A DNA stretch of 64,000 bases, from positions 806,001 to 870,000 of the forward strand of contig CATNEN010000008.1 in NCBI GenBank assembly GCA_950097015.1, in the 5' to 3' direction. Shown piece after piece: positions 1 to 12,600 of the stretch. The notes beneath the pieces were generated by a model. That model saw only the letters and a list, made by a program, of their open reading frames with translations. It made no database searches and was not told the origin of the DNA. Each line of letters starts with the position of its first letter. Within the stretch, counting starts at the first letter, position 1. Origin of the DNA: Macrostomum hystrix (Eukaryota; Animalia; Platyhelminthes). The translations under genes and the position numbers were made by a program.

Positions 1-152
1 GTAATGAATTATTCAGATTAATTAGTTAATTACATGAGACATACGACTCCGACATCCATAGAATGGTCTGGGAGGGTGAGAAGTTAACGGACAATCTGAG
101 AGGAAAAATCACAAATAAAATAAAAACTAACCCAAATCTAACAATTAGGAGA

Positions 153-1640
153 CCACTTCTTTCCTGGAAATCAATCCCACTTCTTTCCTAGAAACCAATC
201 CCAATTCTTACCTGGAAATCAATCCAACTTCTTACCTGGAAAACAATCACACTTCTTTCCTAGATATCCATCCCACTTCTTACCTGAAAACCAAGTCCAC
301 TTCTTACCTGGAAATCAATCCTGCTTCTTTCCTGGAAACAATCCCACTTCTTTCCTGGAAACCAATCCCACTTCTTTCCTGGAAACAAATCCCACTTCTT
401 TCCTGGAAACCAATCCCACTTCTTTCCAAGAAATCAATCCCACTTCTTACCTATACCTGGAAATCAATTCCACTTCTTTCCAGGAAATCAATCCCAATTC
501 TATCCTGGAAATCAATTCCACTTCTTTCCAGGAAATCAATCCCAATTCTTTCCTGGAAATCAATTCCACTTCTTTTCAGGAAATCAATCCCAATTCTTTC
601 CTGGAAATCAATTCCACTTCTTTCCAGGAAATCAATCCTACTTCTATCCTGGAATTCAATCCCACTTCTTACCTGGAAACCAATCCCAATTCTTACCTGG
701 AAATCAATCCCACTTCTTTCCTGGAAAACAATCACACTTCTTTCCAAGAAATCAATCCCACTTCTTACCTATACCTGGAAATCTATTCCACTTCTGTCCA
801 GGAAATCGATCCTACTTCTATCCTGGAAATCAATCTTACTTCTTTCCAGGAAATCAATCCTTCTTCTTTCCTGGAATTCAATCCCACTTCTTACCTGGAA
901 ATCAATCCCAATTCTTACCTAGAAATTAATTTAACTTCTTACCTGGAAAACAATCACACTTCTTTCCTAGAAATCCATCCCACTTCTTACCTGAAAACCA
1001 AGTCCACTTCTTACCTGTAAATCAATCCCGCTTCTTTCCTGGAAATCAATCCCACTTTTTCCTGGAAACCAATCCCACTTCTTTCCTGGAAATCAATCCC
1101 ACTTGTATCCTGGAAATCAATCTTACTTCTTTCTAGGAAATCAATCCTACTTCTTTCCTGGAATTCGATCACTCTTCTTACCTGGTAATCAATCCAAATT
1201 TGTTACCTGGAAATCAATCCCGCTTTTTTCCTGGAAAACAATGCCACTTCGTACCTGGAAATTAATCTTACTTCGTTCCTGGAAATCAATCCCACTTCTT
1301 TCCTAGAAAACAATGCCCCTTCTTACCTGAAAACCAACTCCACTTCTTACCTGGAAATTAATCCCACTTGTATCCTGGAAATCAATCCCACTTCTTTCTT
1401 GGAAATCAATTCCACTTCTTTCCAGGAAATCAATCCCACTCCTTTCTTGGAAATCAATTCCACTTCTTTCCAGGAAATCAATCCCACTTCTTACCTATAC
1501 CTGGAAATCAATGCCACTTCTTACCTGGAAATCAATCCCGATTCTTTCCTGGAAAACAACGCCACTTCGTACCTGGAAATTAATCTCACTTCTTTCCTGG
1601 AAATCAATCCCAATTCTACCTGGAAACCAATCATACTTCT
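153..1640. repeat. Degenerate ~24-bp minisatellite array (consensus ~CTTCTTTCCTGGAAATCAATCCCA)
   Basis: The unit is directly visible throughout. The ORFs here (PGNQSHFF / ERSGIDFQ) are 8-aa periodic translations of the repeat. Confidence 0.95.
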
Positions 1641-2442
1641 TACATATTATTCTACAATTCACCTCTAGCCTAGGCACCTGATGAGCAACTCCGATTCTAT
1701 TTTCAGCTCATTTTGTGTGTGTCACTTGTATCACAAATTAAACGGCTACAAACAGCAAAACTAAAATAGTAATTTTCTACTCATAGCCTCAAAGGCAAAG
1801 AAAATAAAAATGTCGGAAACTATTAGGGTTAAACAGATGTTTCAATTTTCTCAGGGCAAGCACAAATTATAACGCATTGAACGAAAAAAAACAGGAAAGG
1901 TAGCAGAAACTCAGTCCGAATGTACTAATTCACTGACAACTGTTCGGCTCGATTTTTTTACAATACGATAAATACAGGTGTCGCTGGGATGCATTTTTGT
2001 AAAGAAAACCCGTTTAGTCCTAATTGCGTAGCGAAATCCGTCATGTAATAATAGCTTGTTTTGACAGAAGTTGTGCGAAAACATCATCTAGTTTCCACCT
2101 CGAGGCCTTACCAAAATATTGCCTCACTATTCAATGCTGAAACAGCTTCGAATGCTTAATCAACGTATTAGGCAGCTAATTATCCTGTCCCAGGTGGTTG
2201 GGACAACTTGACAGCATTTGCCCCAATGCCCGTCTATCTTTCAGCTGCCTGCCGCTCTGGTTGGTCGGTCACAGAGGCCAGCCAACCGCATCCTGAGCAT
2301 CTCTCAGACTCCCCAACTCAGCCGGAAAACACGCTGAGAATTTATTTTTTTGCCGACTGAAAATTAGCAGCCAGACAGAAAAAAACTAAAAAGCCACTCG
2401 GCCTCTGTTACTCAGCGGACTGGGGGAACACTCTGAGGAGCC

Positions 2443-3678
2443 ATGATGATGCTGAATGCAACTTCGTCGGCCAGGCTGCAGCAGCAGCAGCAGCAGCCGC
2501 CACCGTGCTGCGCCATCTGTCGAACGGTGGGCGCCTCTCAGCACTACGGAGTGCTGACATGCTCCGCCTGCATGAACTTCTTCCGCCGCACGGTGACGGA
2601 GAACCTCAAGTATCACTGCCTGGACGGCGGCTCCTGCATCGTGGCCGGCGCCGAGAATCGAACCAAATGCCGACAGTGCCGCTGGGCCCGCTGCCTGCAG
2701 ATGGGCATGAAGCCGGAGTGCATCGGTGGGCCGCAGCACCATCACGGCTATTCCTCTTCTACTGGGTCGTCTGCGTCGTCCTCTTCTATCTCGCCACATC
2801 AGCTCAGCAGTCATCATCACCTTCACCACCATCATCAGCGCCAGCCTCTGCGACGGACGTCCGACTTTCGGTCACTGGCATTCCCGCCAGCGCTGCCGTC
2901 GCAGCACCTGCCGCCGCCTCCGCCGATGCTAGCCCTCCCGATGCCGCTTCATTTAAAGCAGCAGCAGCCGCTGCTGTCGCCACCGCCGCCAATGCAGCTC
3001 GAGCAGGAGCAGTATCAGACGGATCAACTGTACTCCGATCCGTACCTGTATCACCTGTCCAGCATCGACATTCGCTCTCATCAGCCAGTTTCACCGCATT
3101 CGTCATCTTCGTCGATCGCCAACGGCACGGCCTCAGAGAGCCCGACTAGGCTTCACGTCGACACCTGGCTGGGTCTGATCGACGCTTTCGTTGCGGAGCT
3201 GATTCGCTGGTGCAAGGACCTCTCCGGCTTCTGCAACCTCCGCTCGGCCGACCAGTCGGCTCTGATCCGAGCTAATGGCACAAAACTTTTGTGCCTGCAG
3301 GTGCTGTGCAACTCGCTGCCGTACCAAGGCCGGCTGAGGTTCTGCTCCGGAGTCAGCCTGCAGCAGTTCGACTCGGGCTTCTGCTCCCGGCGCCTGTTCA
3401 AGCGCCTGGTTTCTCTGTGCCAGTTCGCGACAGACATGCGACTCGGCTATGCTGAGCTGCTGCTGCTGAGGCCAATTTTCCTGCTCGACCCACCTGGCCA
3501 CCTGCAGCTGGCGGGTCTGGCTCAGGTTCGCGACCTGCAGACCGGCTTCCTGGCACAGCTCGCGCGCATCTGCCCCAGCCCGCAGCGACGTGAGCAGATG
3601 CTCGTGCTCAACAGGGAGCTGGGAGATTGCTGGCACCTCATACTTGAGCACATCGAGGCGCTGATGTCACCCGCCTGA
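2443..3678 (+). CDS. Intronless nuclear hormone receptor (C4 zinc-finger DBD + ligand-binding domain), 411 aa
   Basis: CAIC-x13-CSAC-MNFFRR...C-x5-C-x10-CRQC-RWARCLQMGM is the two-finger DBD. WCKDLSGFCNLRSADQSALI is the LBD signature, and the C-terminal LILEHI resembles AF-2. Confidence 0.93.
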   Translation: MMMLNATSSARLQQQQQQPPPCCAICRTVGASQHYGVLTCSACMNFFRRTVTENLKYHCLDGGSCIVAGAENRTKCRQCRWARCLQMGMKPECIGGPQHHHGYSSSTGSSASSSSISPHQLSSHHHLHHHHQRQPLRRTSDFRSLAFPPALPSQHLPPPPPMLALPMPLHLKQQQPLLSPPPPMQLEQEQYQTDQLYSDPYLYHLSSIDIRSHQPVSPHSSSSSIANGTASESPTRLHVDTWLGLIDAFVAELIRWCKDLSGFCNLRSADQSALIRANGTKLLCLQVLCNSLPYQGRLRFCSGVSLQQFDSGFCSRRLFKRLVSLCQFATDMRLGYAELLLLRPIFLLDPPGHLQLAGLAQVRDLQTGFLAQLARICPSPQRREQMLVLNRELGDCWHLILEHIEALMSPA

Positions 3679-6119
3679 GAGATCAATGCAGAATGCTCTC
3701 TAGTTTACTAATTTCGCTTGCGAGTCCTCCGCTTCGAAGGATCATTGTTACGAGACGTTGATTTCCTAATTTTGTACATTAAGTAAAAATCTCGCGAAAA
3801 ATAACCACTCGACTTGGCCGGGTATCTACCGGCTATCACTGCCCTATCTGTTTTGCTAAATGTTGTCTCTCAAAAACCTTTTCCGATTTTAAATAATCGG
3901 AGTTCATAACGCGCCCAATTTGTTGTCAAAATAGCCCATAGCCCGTCGGTCTTGCTTTGTTGTTCGACGCCGCTTATAGTTCTCAGCAGCCCCGAGTTCA
4001 TCAATGGCTGAGACATCAGTTGTTGATGCCCGAAAATGACGCACTTTGAGGCACGCGTTGTCCGTGACTTGCTTAGAAACCATTCCACGCTTGTTAACAA
4101 TGCGCTGTCTCTACACCTAATGCTTCATTTCTACTGTTCTGCACATTGTTTTTCTTTCTCGTAAAGCGATAAAATATACTACAAGGCAAGCCGTATTCAA
4201 TGTCTATGGCCAAATCCCCATTGAACCAGATCTTTCCCACTCTGTTTTATTATTTGACCAGGTAAACTCGCAGAATGAGGAGGACCTGATGAGGCCTTGC
4301 TTGCTCAAGCTGGGAACTGAGCGGAGCTGGAATTGCTTGACCTTGTCTCCCAATCCAATCTGCGCTCCTCATCCTCACAGTTCCGATCCCCTTGTTTTTC
4401 ACCCTCGTCCCCTCGTCTAAGCTGCTCAGTCAACTCGAGGTTGAGGGGGGTAGCACGGGACAGTCGTGTTTATGCTGCTCCAGAGTAGAAAAAAATGCAA
4501 CACAACTCGGCGCCGCACAGCGTGTTGCCCCAATCTCCCCAGCAAGCCCATCCGAGTTGGAACTCCGAGTGTACGCTTATAACCCCCGACCGTGAGCCCC
4601 GATGCTTTTAGGAGAATCAGATCCCCCTTCCTTGGGATTAAAATCCCGAAGAGGATTTTTTCCTTCTTAAAGATTATTTTTTCGTCTCCAACAACAGCTT
4701 TTCCCTCGGGTTTTACTATTCCATTTTGAGCCGTTTGTAACAAGCAGTGTTTTCCATTCGTTCTTTGGCTTTTGCAGCTCTCAGCTTGTTAGTTGTGTCT
4801 CGCCGAGACTAGACCTCATTAATTAGTCCCTGAGTAAGCTCAAGCATAGTTTCTTGTTTTCTCTACTCAACTCAGTCTCACCTTGCATGGGATTTTTAGC
4901 TACAAGACAAAGCTTGGCTTGCATTGGAATTAAACACAAGAAAGAATTAGCTGATTACAAATAAATGAGTCGATTATTCAACTAAGGCCTCCACAAACAT
5001 TTGGGTCGCCTGTTGAATAAGGTAGTGGCTTCTTGAGAAAATCTGCAAATGCACTTTTCTAGAGTTTGGTACCTTTGTCTTCGTAAATAATAAAGTGACT
5101 TTAGCTATTCATTAGCCTCATTGGCGACATCTCCAGTCGCTGCTCTCCTGCGTAGAAAATTCTTCTCACTTGCCAGTTTTGAGTCGCAGCTCATAACAGC
5201 CTGGACAGAAAAGTCCTTAGCCAGAGAAATTCATTTTGAAGGTAAAACTGAATGCGTGAAAACACAAAGAAGTGACAGAAAGGGAGACGAGAGCAGTCCA
5301 GCAATGTTTAGTTGGAATTCATTTTCACATTTGCGTGTCATAACCAAGCCCAATGCCCTGCTTGCCTCCGCATCCCGCAAATTCACCACTTGTCTCTTCA
5401 TCTTCTTGACTATTTCTTCCACGTTGCCAAATTTCTGATAATAAATAAGAACTGTCTAGACACATCGGCTTTCTGTTAAAAAGTATAACGAATAACCTGA
5501 CCATGCTCCGGTACCCATGCAAGACGTAAGGAGTCGGCAATCATTATTTTTTATATCTGACAAAATGGTATGTGAAGTTTGAAGTTTGCCGCCAACTGTT
5601 ATGCTAGAGATTTCAATCAGCTCTCTTTATTAACTATTCATCACCAAGATTGCATTTTCAATTTTAAATGAAAATGAATTGATAGAAATTTTCCCTAGAA
5701 CCTGGGAGCAGCAATCAAAACATATTGTCTGAATACAAGTGGCTGAATATTGTCTAACTCGAATTTTGTGAGTTTCAAACATAATCAGCAATTTTTGCCA
5801 ATTATTAAAATAACGCTGGACAGACCAATCTTTAACGTAGAAAGTAACGAGGATCGTTTATTAGGCCTTTCAAAAAAGATTTGTATTTTAAACACTCCGT
5901 CACTTCTTTAACTTCGTTGGCTAAGTGCAAACTAAGTGCGTAACTTTATGACTGCACTGCAGACTGCTGTGTTCAAATCTAGCTTTAACAGGTAACCTGT
6001 TACTAGCACTGTGCTGCATAATCCTAGCTTCTAATATGCGTTTGAAAGTGTGCTGCTGCCTTGGAAATTTCTGTGAAATAAAGAGATCCCAGTTTTCTGT
6101 TATAACATTTTCCCTCAAG

Positions 6120-6456
6120 TGGTGCAATGGCCGAGCGGTTTTGCCTCTCGCCCCAAGGTCCCTGAGCTCGATTCCGTGACAAAGCCACATTCATTTGGAG
6201 CGCAGCCGCGGAGAGAAGGCTTGGGGGCTTGTGCAAATTACGCCTTGAGGGCCAACCTCCAAGGTACAGTGAAAGTGTACACTGCCTGAGTATGAGAAAG
6301 TCAGGGCAGACGTACACACCTGTAAGTGTGCGCCAGAGTACAGTATCTGTGTGCGTGTGTGCTCAGGAGTCAGCAGGAATGGGCAGAACTGCCTCCTCGC
6401 TGGCTGCAGGTCTAGTGTCACCAAATGATGTGTCATTGCCCGTAGCCCTCCTGTAA
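6120..6456 (+). mobile_element. tRNA-headed SINE, family A
   Basis: A-box-like TGGCCGAGCGG and B-box-like GCTCGATTCC at the 5' end. The body (...TGTGTGCTCAGGAGTCAGC...CTAGTGTCACCAAATGATGTG...) recurs at six other sites in the window. Confidence 0.8.
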
Positions 6457-6577
6457 ACGGTCTTTGCTATCCTACATTACAAAATGTACTTGTAATTATG
6501 ATTTACGTATAAAAAGGTGTTCAAAAAAATAAAAAGCTAAAAAAACTTAATGCGAATTGTTTCAGCTCAGTTCGATT

Positions 6578-6606
6578 TTAAGCTTTGGCCTCGCCATTAG
6601 CTTGAA

Positions 6607-6643
<37 letters not shown>

Positions 6644-9600
6644 ACCAGGCGTTGGAGTGGCGTTCTCGGACATCCGGGATGTGGCCCTGCTGTTCGCGAT
6701 CTCGTCCCAGCGCTCGCCAGTGACGGACTGATTGCCCGACACATTGGTGTCCATCTTGCGCCTCTCGCGCTCCAGAGCGCTGACGAACTTCGACACCTGA
6801 GGATTGTCGCGCTCTCCGCGGCCCTCGATGAAGTAGGTCTTCACATTGTTGGACTGGACCAATTCGAAATGTTGATTTCTAGTTAATAAATGAATCCCAA
6901 AAGATGCAGAGAGGGATACAGATCCCATTCAACTTACACCGGCTTATTAGTGAACATGCACTTACACAGGTGTACGTATGCTCTTGTACGAGTATCATTA
7001 GTGAACCGCATTCATGGAAGGAGCCTTTAGCTACTTAGTGAGAGTAGTCCCGAAATGGAATCCGGTATCAAAAAAATGTTTTTTCCTTAATGGCTCAAAT
7101 GACGCATTACTGAAGATGTCTTTGTCATTTCCTGCCTGCTCTCTCGGCGGTAATCTATTTTAGTCAGCCAGACAAACTGCACTAAAATGTCTCTTAGAGT
7201 TCGCTAGTAAACCTGACTGTCTGACTCATTTTCAGTTAATCGCCTTATGACCATTGTTAAAGGTAGTCAATATCAAGAAGAAACCGGGGGTTGCTGCCCC
7301 AACCATGCAATAATTTATTAATTAATTAATGCAAGGCCCGACAGCAGGTATGAGCGCACCTTGAACTGAATCTCCTTGCCCTCGGCAAAGTTGTACACAG
7401 CGTACTTCTCCAGCTTCTTTCTAGTTGTCTCGCTGATGTGCAGTCGCATTGGCTGAAATGGAGCGAGAGCATGTGTTCCAGCAATCTATCAACTAAACAA
7501 CTCGCTGTTCAATATTGAGTGCTGATGACCCTGTCTAATAGGACAAGCATCGAGGAGTAGACAGCAATTCAATCATCTGCTTCTTAATTTAGTTTAATGA
7601 CGTCGCTTCGCTCAGGAGAAGTAACTTAATTATTCACTGTGCAGACAAACTAAATCAATAGGAATATTTCAGCCCGGCTTCTCAGTCAGCATGCTCATTG
7701 TCATAAATAATCTTGAAATAATGAATTGAATGCATTCAAACGCTATGCAAAGCAGGTGCACAACCGGTAGTTAGTTATTTAACCCGGATTTTGCTTAAAA
7801 ACTAGAATTTACGTAATTTTTTATGGAGACGGCACTGTCTGCAGACCAACGTAGACAGGGGGCTGAGTGGTTCAGCGGCTAGCGTCGCTGCCTCGCACTC
7901 CAATGGACGCTAGTTCGATTCTCCCTTCAAGTCGCGATTAATTTCGGGACTTGTTGGAGGGTTTGGACAGTAGCGACCGGCGGAGGTGCACCATATTTCG
8001 TGCAATCCAAGCTTGAAATAATAGCTTCGCTCCTACCTTCTGTGTGCCTGTTCTGCGTTGTGTGAGTTGTGTGCGTTGGCGCTGGGGCGTGAGGCCTTGC
8101 GGGGGGTGGCTGGAGGGCGGGTGTACACCACCGCGCGCTTTCTGGATTTCCGTCAGCGCGATTGGATAAGTGTATACTCATCACCCGGCCCCCCTGAGGA
8201 CTGATTTCTTATCAGACTTCCGCCCCGGCTTGGTCTGCTCTGTGCATGTGGGGCTGGGGTGGGGGGCACTGCTGCCTATTCTGGGTGCCTCCTGCCCTCC
8301 CCGGCTGGTCTGTGCTGCTGTGTGTGGTGCCTGCTCAGGGGAGGCGGCGCGATGGGCGCTAAGCGCCTAGTTCGCCGGTCTGGGGGTGTGCCGCTCCGTC
8401 GCTTGTGCAACAAGTGCCCCGGGCCCCCCTGCAAATAGATAGAGACCAACGTAGACAATAACAAATTCAAATCTATACAGAGCTCAGGTCGAATCTCCAA
8501 CGCTCTCACCGTTCCATCCGACTCCATCCTGGAGGCTGTGTTGACAGTGTCTCCAAACAGGCAGTAGCGGGGCATCTTCAGGCCCACAATACCAGCCACA
8601 ACCAAGCCAGAGTGAGCGCCTGAAAACATACGGAGTGAAAGTGAGTAACGAGTAACGAGTTTCTTAACAGCAGAGAGACCACGCTCTCTCTCTGATTCAG
8701 AGAGAATCAGAATCACCATTATCGTGAAAGTCCACCATGTCAATCAAAATTTTCCGCCCTTTACGATGAGCTAACTTTCAAAGCCGTCGAATCATATTGG
8801 TGGTTTATGCCCTCAGACACAACAACGAGAATCGTTATATGTCTCGCCGATGTTTTGTCTTTCTGGAAGTTGTTTCATCGGATTGAGCGGAAAAAATTAG
8901 TCCGTGTTCTGGATTTTCATGTTGATTGGTTGAATATTTTAGAAGGTACAGAAAAAAATGTGGGTATTTGAAATGATACGAGTAGCAGGGGATGGCTTTA
9001 TAAGATATCTGAGTATATAGAATTCAAAACACTCGATCCTCGTTCAAAATCTGTTCTGTAATTTTTATCCCGCCGGTATCCAGTTGAGCAAAAATACAAT
9101 GTCTTTTTAGTAAAAAATCCTGTCGAAAGCACCAATGTAAAATCACAGTGAATTGTATGTAGGAGAAAACAGTTGGAGCTATTGTGCTGTTGTTGGTTCT
9201 CGTTCTACAGAGCTTTGACATGATTTTTGCATACTGATTGCACTGAAGCCCCCAGGACTGAGCTGCTGTCCTTATCCATGACCCGATCAGCCCAGCGCTC
9301 AGTGCTTCAAGTGTCTCAGCGCTGAGTTCTAAATCAGTGGCACCGTGATTTGCGTCTGTGAGATTACTCAGATGCTTGGGTGCCGATTAGCTGTTCCGAA
9401 AAAACTATCAAGGAACAGTGAATGCCCGCCAGAGAAAAAAATTATATAGGGCCTGTTGGCCCAAACAGCACCCTGTTTGACGCGCGATGAAACAAATGTG
9501 AGCTGGTTCCTTCCGGTTTGCTGCTGTTGCGATGGTTGTTCATGCCGTTAACTGGTCGTTCTTTAATACTCGTAGTTTAAGGCAGGCCTGATTTTGTACA

Positions 9601-12600
9601 GTCCAAATACTGCTTTGCCAGGAAAATATAACTCAAAGAGGACATTCAGTAGCCCAATATTTTTTCATTGCACTCGATTAGTTTAAAAGAGATTGAATAT
9701 GCCTTTAAGCTAAGCACAGCAGTTGTCTTTCTGCGGATTAGCATAGTCAAATTTCTATTTTTGGTAAACTGATTCCTTGGTCGCTAAAACGGATAAAAAA
9801 CTGTAGTTTTATTTTTTTGTTGTTTAAATTAAATTAAATATTGTTCTAACAAAAGGAGATTAAGAAAGACAGCAGAATGCAACACGGAAATGTCCGATTT
9901 AAACGGGTCAGCTTCAGCTCACCGGCTTTTGTCGCTTTTAAGCTTTCAAGTCGGTTTTGATTCCCAATGGAAAAGGCTGCTTACACTCGAGAATTGTGCT
10001 CGTAAGCTTCATTTTTAATGAGTCTCTTTCAAACCAGATAAGCCACGGCTAAATATATCAGACTAGGGTGCGTAAACAGAGCCTTGTTACAAGCCTGGCT
10101 CCCTAGGGAACACGCAGCGAACCTGTCATTCATCACTGCTTCTAAGGCATCCTTCTCGACTAAGTAGGCATGGCTGGAGAGCAGCGACACACACACATAT
10201 TTGTTTTAATGCTTTTGTATCTTTATAACAAATCGAAAAGAAGAAACCTCGTGGCTTACCAACGCGGATTCTCAGGTGCGGCGTCTGGCCAGTAGGGTCC
10301 AAGCACTTCACAATGTTCTTGATCATGTCCAGGCCCATTTCAGCCACGAAGGCGGCGTGAAACTTTGTTACCGTCGGACAGCCGGACACAATCATGTAGG
10401 CGTCACCAATGGTCTCCACCTTGTACACCTTGTGCTTCTCTGTCAGCTCGTCAAACACCGAGTACATACCATTGAGCATGTCAACAACCTGCAGCGGCTG
10501 CAGGCGCGAGCTGATGTTAGTAAAGCCGACAACGTCACTAAACAGCACGGTGACGTCCTCGAAGGTCTCACAGGTGTCGATGGCGCTGACGCCGCTGCGT
10601 AGGCGCTCGGCGACGCCCTTCGGTATCATCTGGTAGAGCAGCTCGTCTGTGCGCTTCATCTCTTCGTCCAGCTTGCGCATCGACTCCTCGAGCTGCCGCG
10701 ACTTTTCCTCTTCCTGGAATCAGGCATGATGGCGCGACTTTGCTCCCACTCAATCGATCCAAAATAGGCTTTTAGTCAGTGATAGCTACTTAAAGAAGCA
10801 GCCAAGGCAGACCGCCAACAGAGCTCATCTAAACATTGTTGTCTCTTCAACACAGCGTCAGTAAGGCTGCAGAAAGTCCTCTAGTAGTAGCAATGCTGAT
10901 AATTAAAGTTCACGCCAAGCTCAGATATTGCCTCTCCCGAAAATCAGAGAGTTTTCATCAAGTGATGCCTACTTGCTTAGCTGATCTCCCTGCCCCAACA
11001 CGGGGACAACATGGACCAACACAGGTACAGCATTAGTTATTACACCTAGGGCCAGGTGTACATCCAGTTGAACAGCCGCAGCTATTGGGCAGAACTTCCA
11101 AAGACTGTGTACAACTGTTCAGTCCATGGACTGGGGACCGCTACAGCCACCAAAATTTAAACCCCCAGCGATGCTGGTACCCATTTCTCAGCTGGGTGCA
11201 CAGAAGTACTTCGAAATTAAGTGTCTTGCTCAAGGACAACTGTTTCCATTACGCTGCGATTCGAACTCCGGACCTCTCGGTCAGCTCCCTTACCGCTTCA
11301 AGAGCCTCTTTGAGCTCGGCTGACTGCTGATCGCCGGCTAGAACGAGGTCGCGGCTCGAGTCGTGCATGCTGAGGTCGTTGATAAACAGCCGAGGTTAGG
11401 CCATCACCGAAACGTCGCGCATTCTGTAAAAGTACATTCTCATTTTTGTGCAAGTTTATCGAATGAGAACTTTTCTACGCTTGAACCGTGGATACCCCGC
11501 AATAAACTGAAAAAAACACTGTAAAATAACACCGTCACTGACATTGGCGTGCCGAGGAAAACAATGGCGTCCCACTGGTCCATGTACTTCATCTGGCCCC
11601 GAAACTTCACCGCGTTCGAGGCAACGCTGGACACGCGCTTGCGACTGCCCTCATCTGCGTCGTTAGGAGCGGTTAAGAAATGTACTTTTCAATCTATCAT
11701 AGGTCATCTACGTCTGGAATATCTATAAGGATAAAAAGAACAATACTTTCTAGGTGATTTTTCTTCTCTTAGAAATTTTGATTGGCCTTCATCCTGTAAA
11801 AATCTAATTAGCGAAGGTGCTGATTCAACTTACCTCGCTTCTTCTTGCCATCCTTCTTTTCAACAACAGCAATCTCGAATACATTGTTTGTGTGCAGCAT
11901 CACCTGTTTGGACAAATTTAAGGTCATGTAACTCGCGAGGTAACAATTTTAATGCAGCATTTGGGATTTAACACTCGATTTAAAGAAACTGGAAAAATAA
12001 TCCAAATAAATAGTTTCCAAATAATTATAATAGTCTGTGAATAGAAGAAACTTGGACCAAGTATTAGGCGCTATTGTTTTATAAAGTTCCTGGTGATCCA
12101 GGTCAACTTACCGCATCCCATGTGAAGTCAATGAGCGGCCGGATCAGCATGAACACCTCGTTCATTAGCGAGCCCTGAATGCCCGGCACCGCCTGCTGCG
12201 TGGCCCGACCGCACTTGACCACCTTGAGGCCCCGGTTGAAGACAATGTTGAAGGGAAACACCTCGAAGAAAACTTCCGACGGCACGGGCATGTGGTCGTC
12301 GCGTGCGTCGTAGCTCTTGTTATCGAACTGGAGTCGCATCACGTAGTTCCACACGCTCTCCTCGTGGTTCTCGCTAACCATCTCAACGGCCAACTTCGTC
12401 GAAAAGTACACTTTAGCAATCTCAATGATCATGCCCTGTACGTAATTGATGAAGCCGACTCGCCGAGTTCGGTACTGCAGAGTGATGCCAGTTCGGCTCT
12501 CGTTCACGCAGAAGAATGATGGCGGCTTCAGCTTGGGATAAGTGAAGCGGAGGTACTCGTGAAGGTTGTCGAGGCCGTTGAGGAAGTCGCGCAGGTCTCT

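Noticed and set aside
451-1677. ORFs with ERSGIDFQ / PGNQSHFF periodicity
   Set aside because: They are translations of the 24-bp satellite, with frequent frameshifts and no unique coding flanks.
2386-3651. Overlapping alternative-frame and antisense ORFs over the nuclear receptor (and similar ones over SLC26, Tubby, innexin, PARG, Tctex)
   Set aside because: They are expected shadows of GC-rich coding sequence and carry no recognisable domains.
5105-5434. Possible extra 3' exons of the guanylyl cyclase
   Set aside because: The cyclase frame already ends at a stop at 6580-6578, and no phase-compatible donor links it to this segment.
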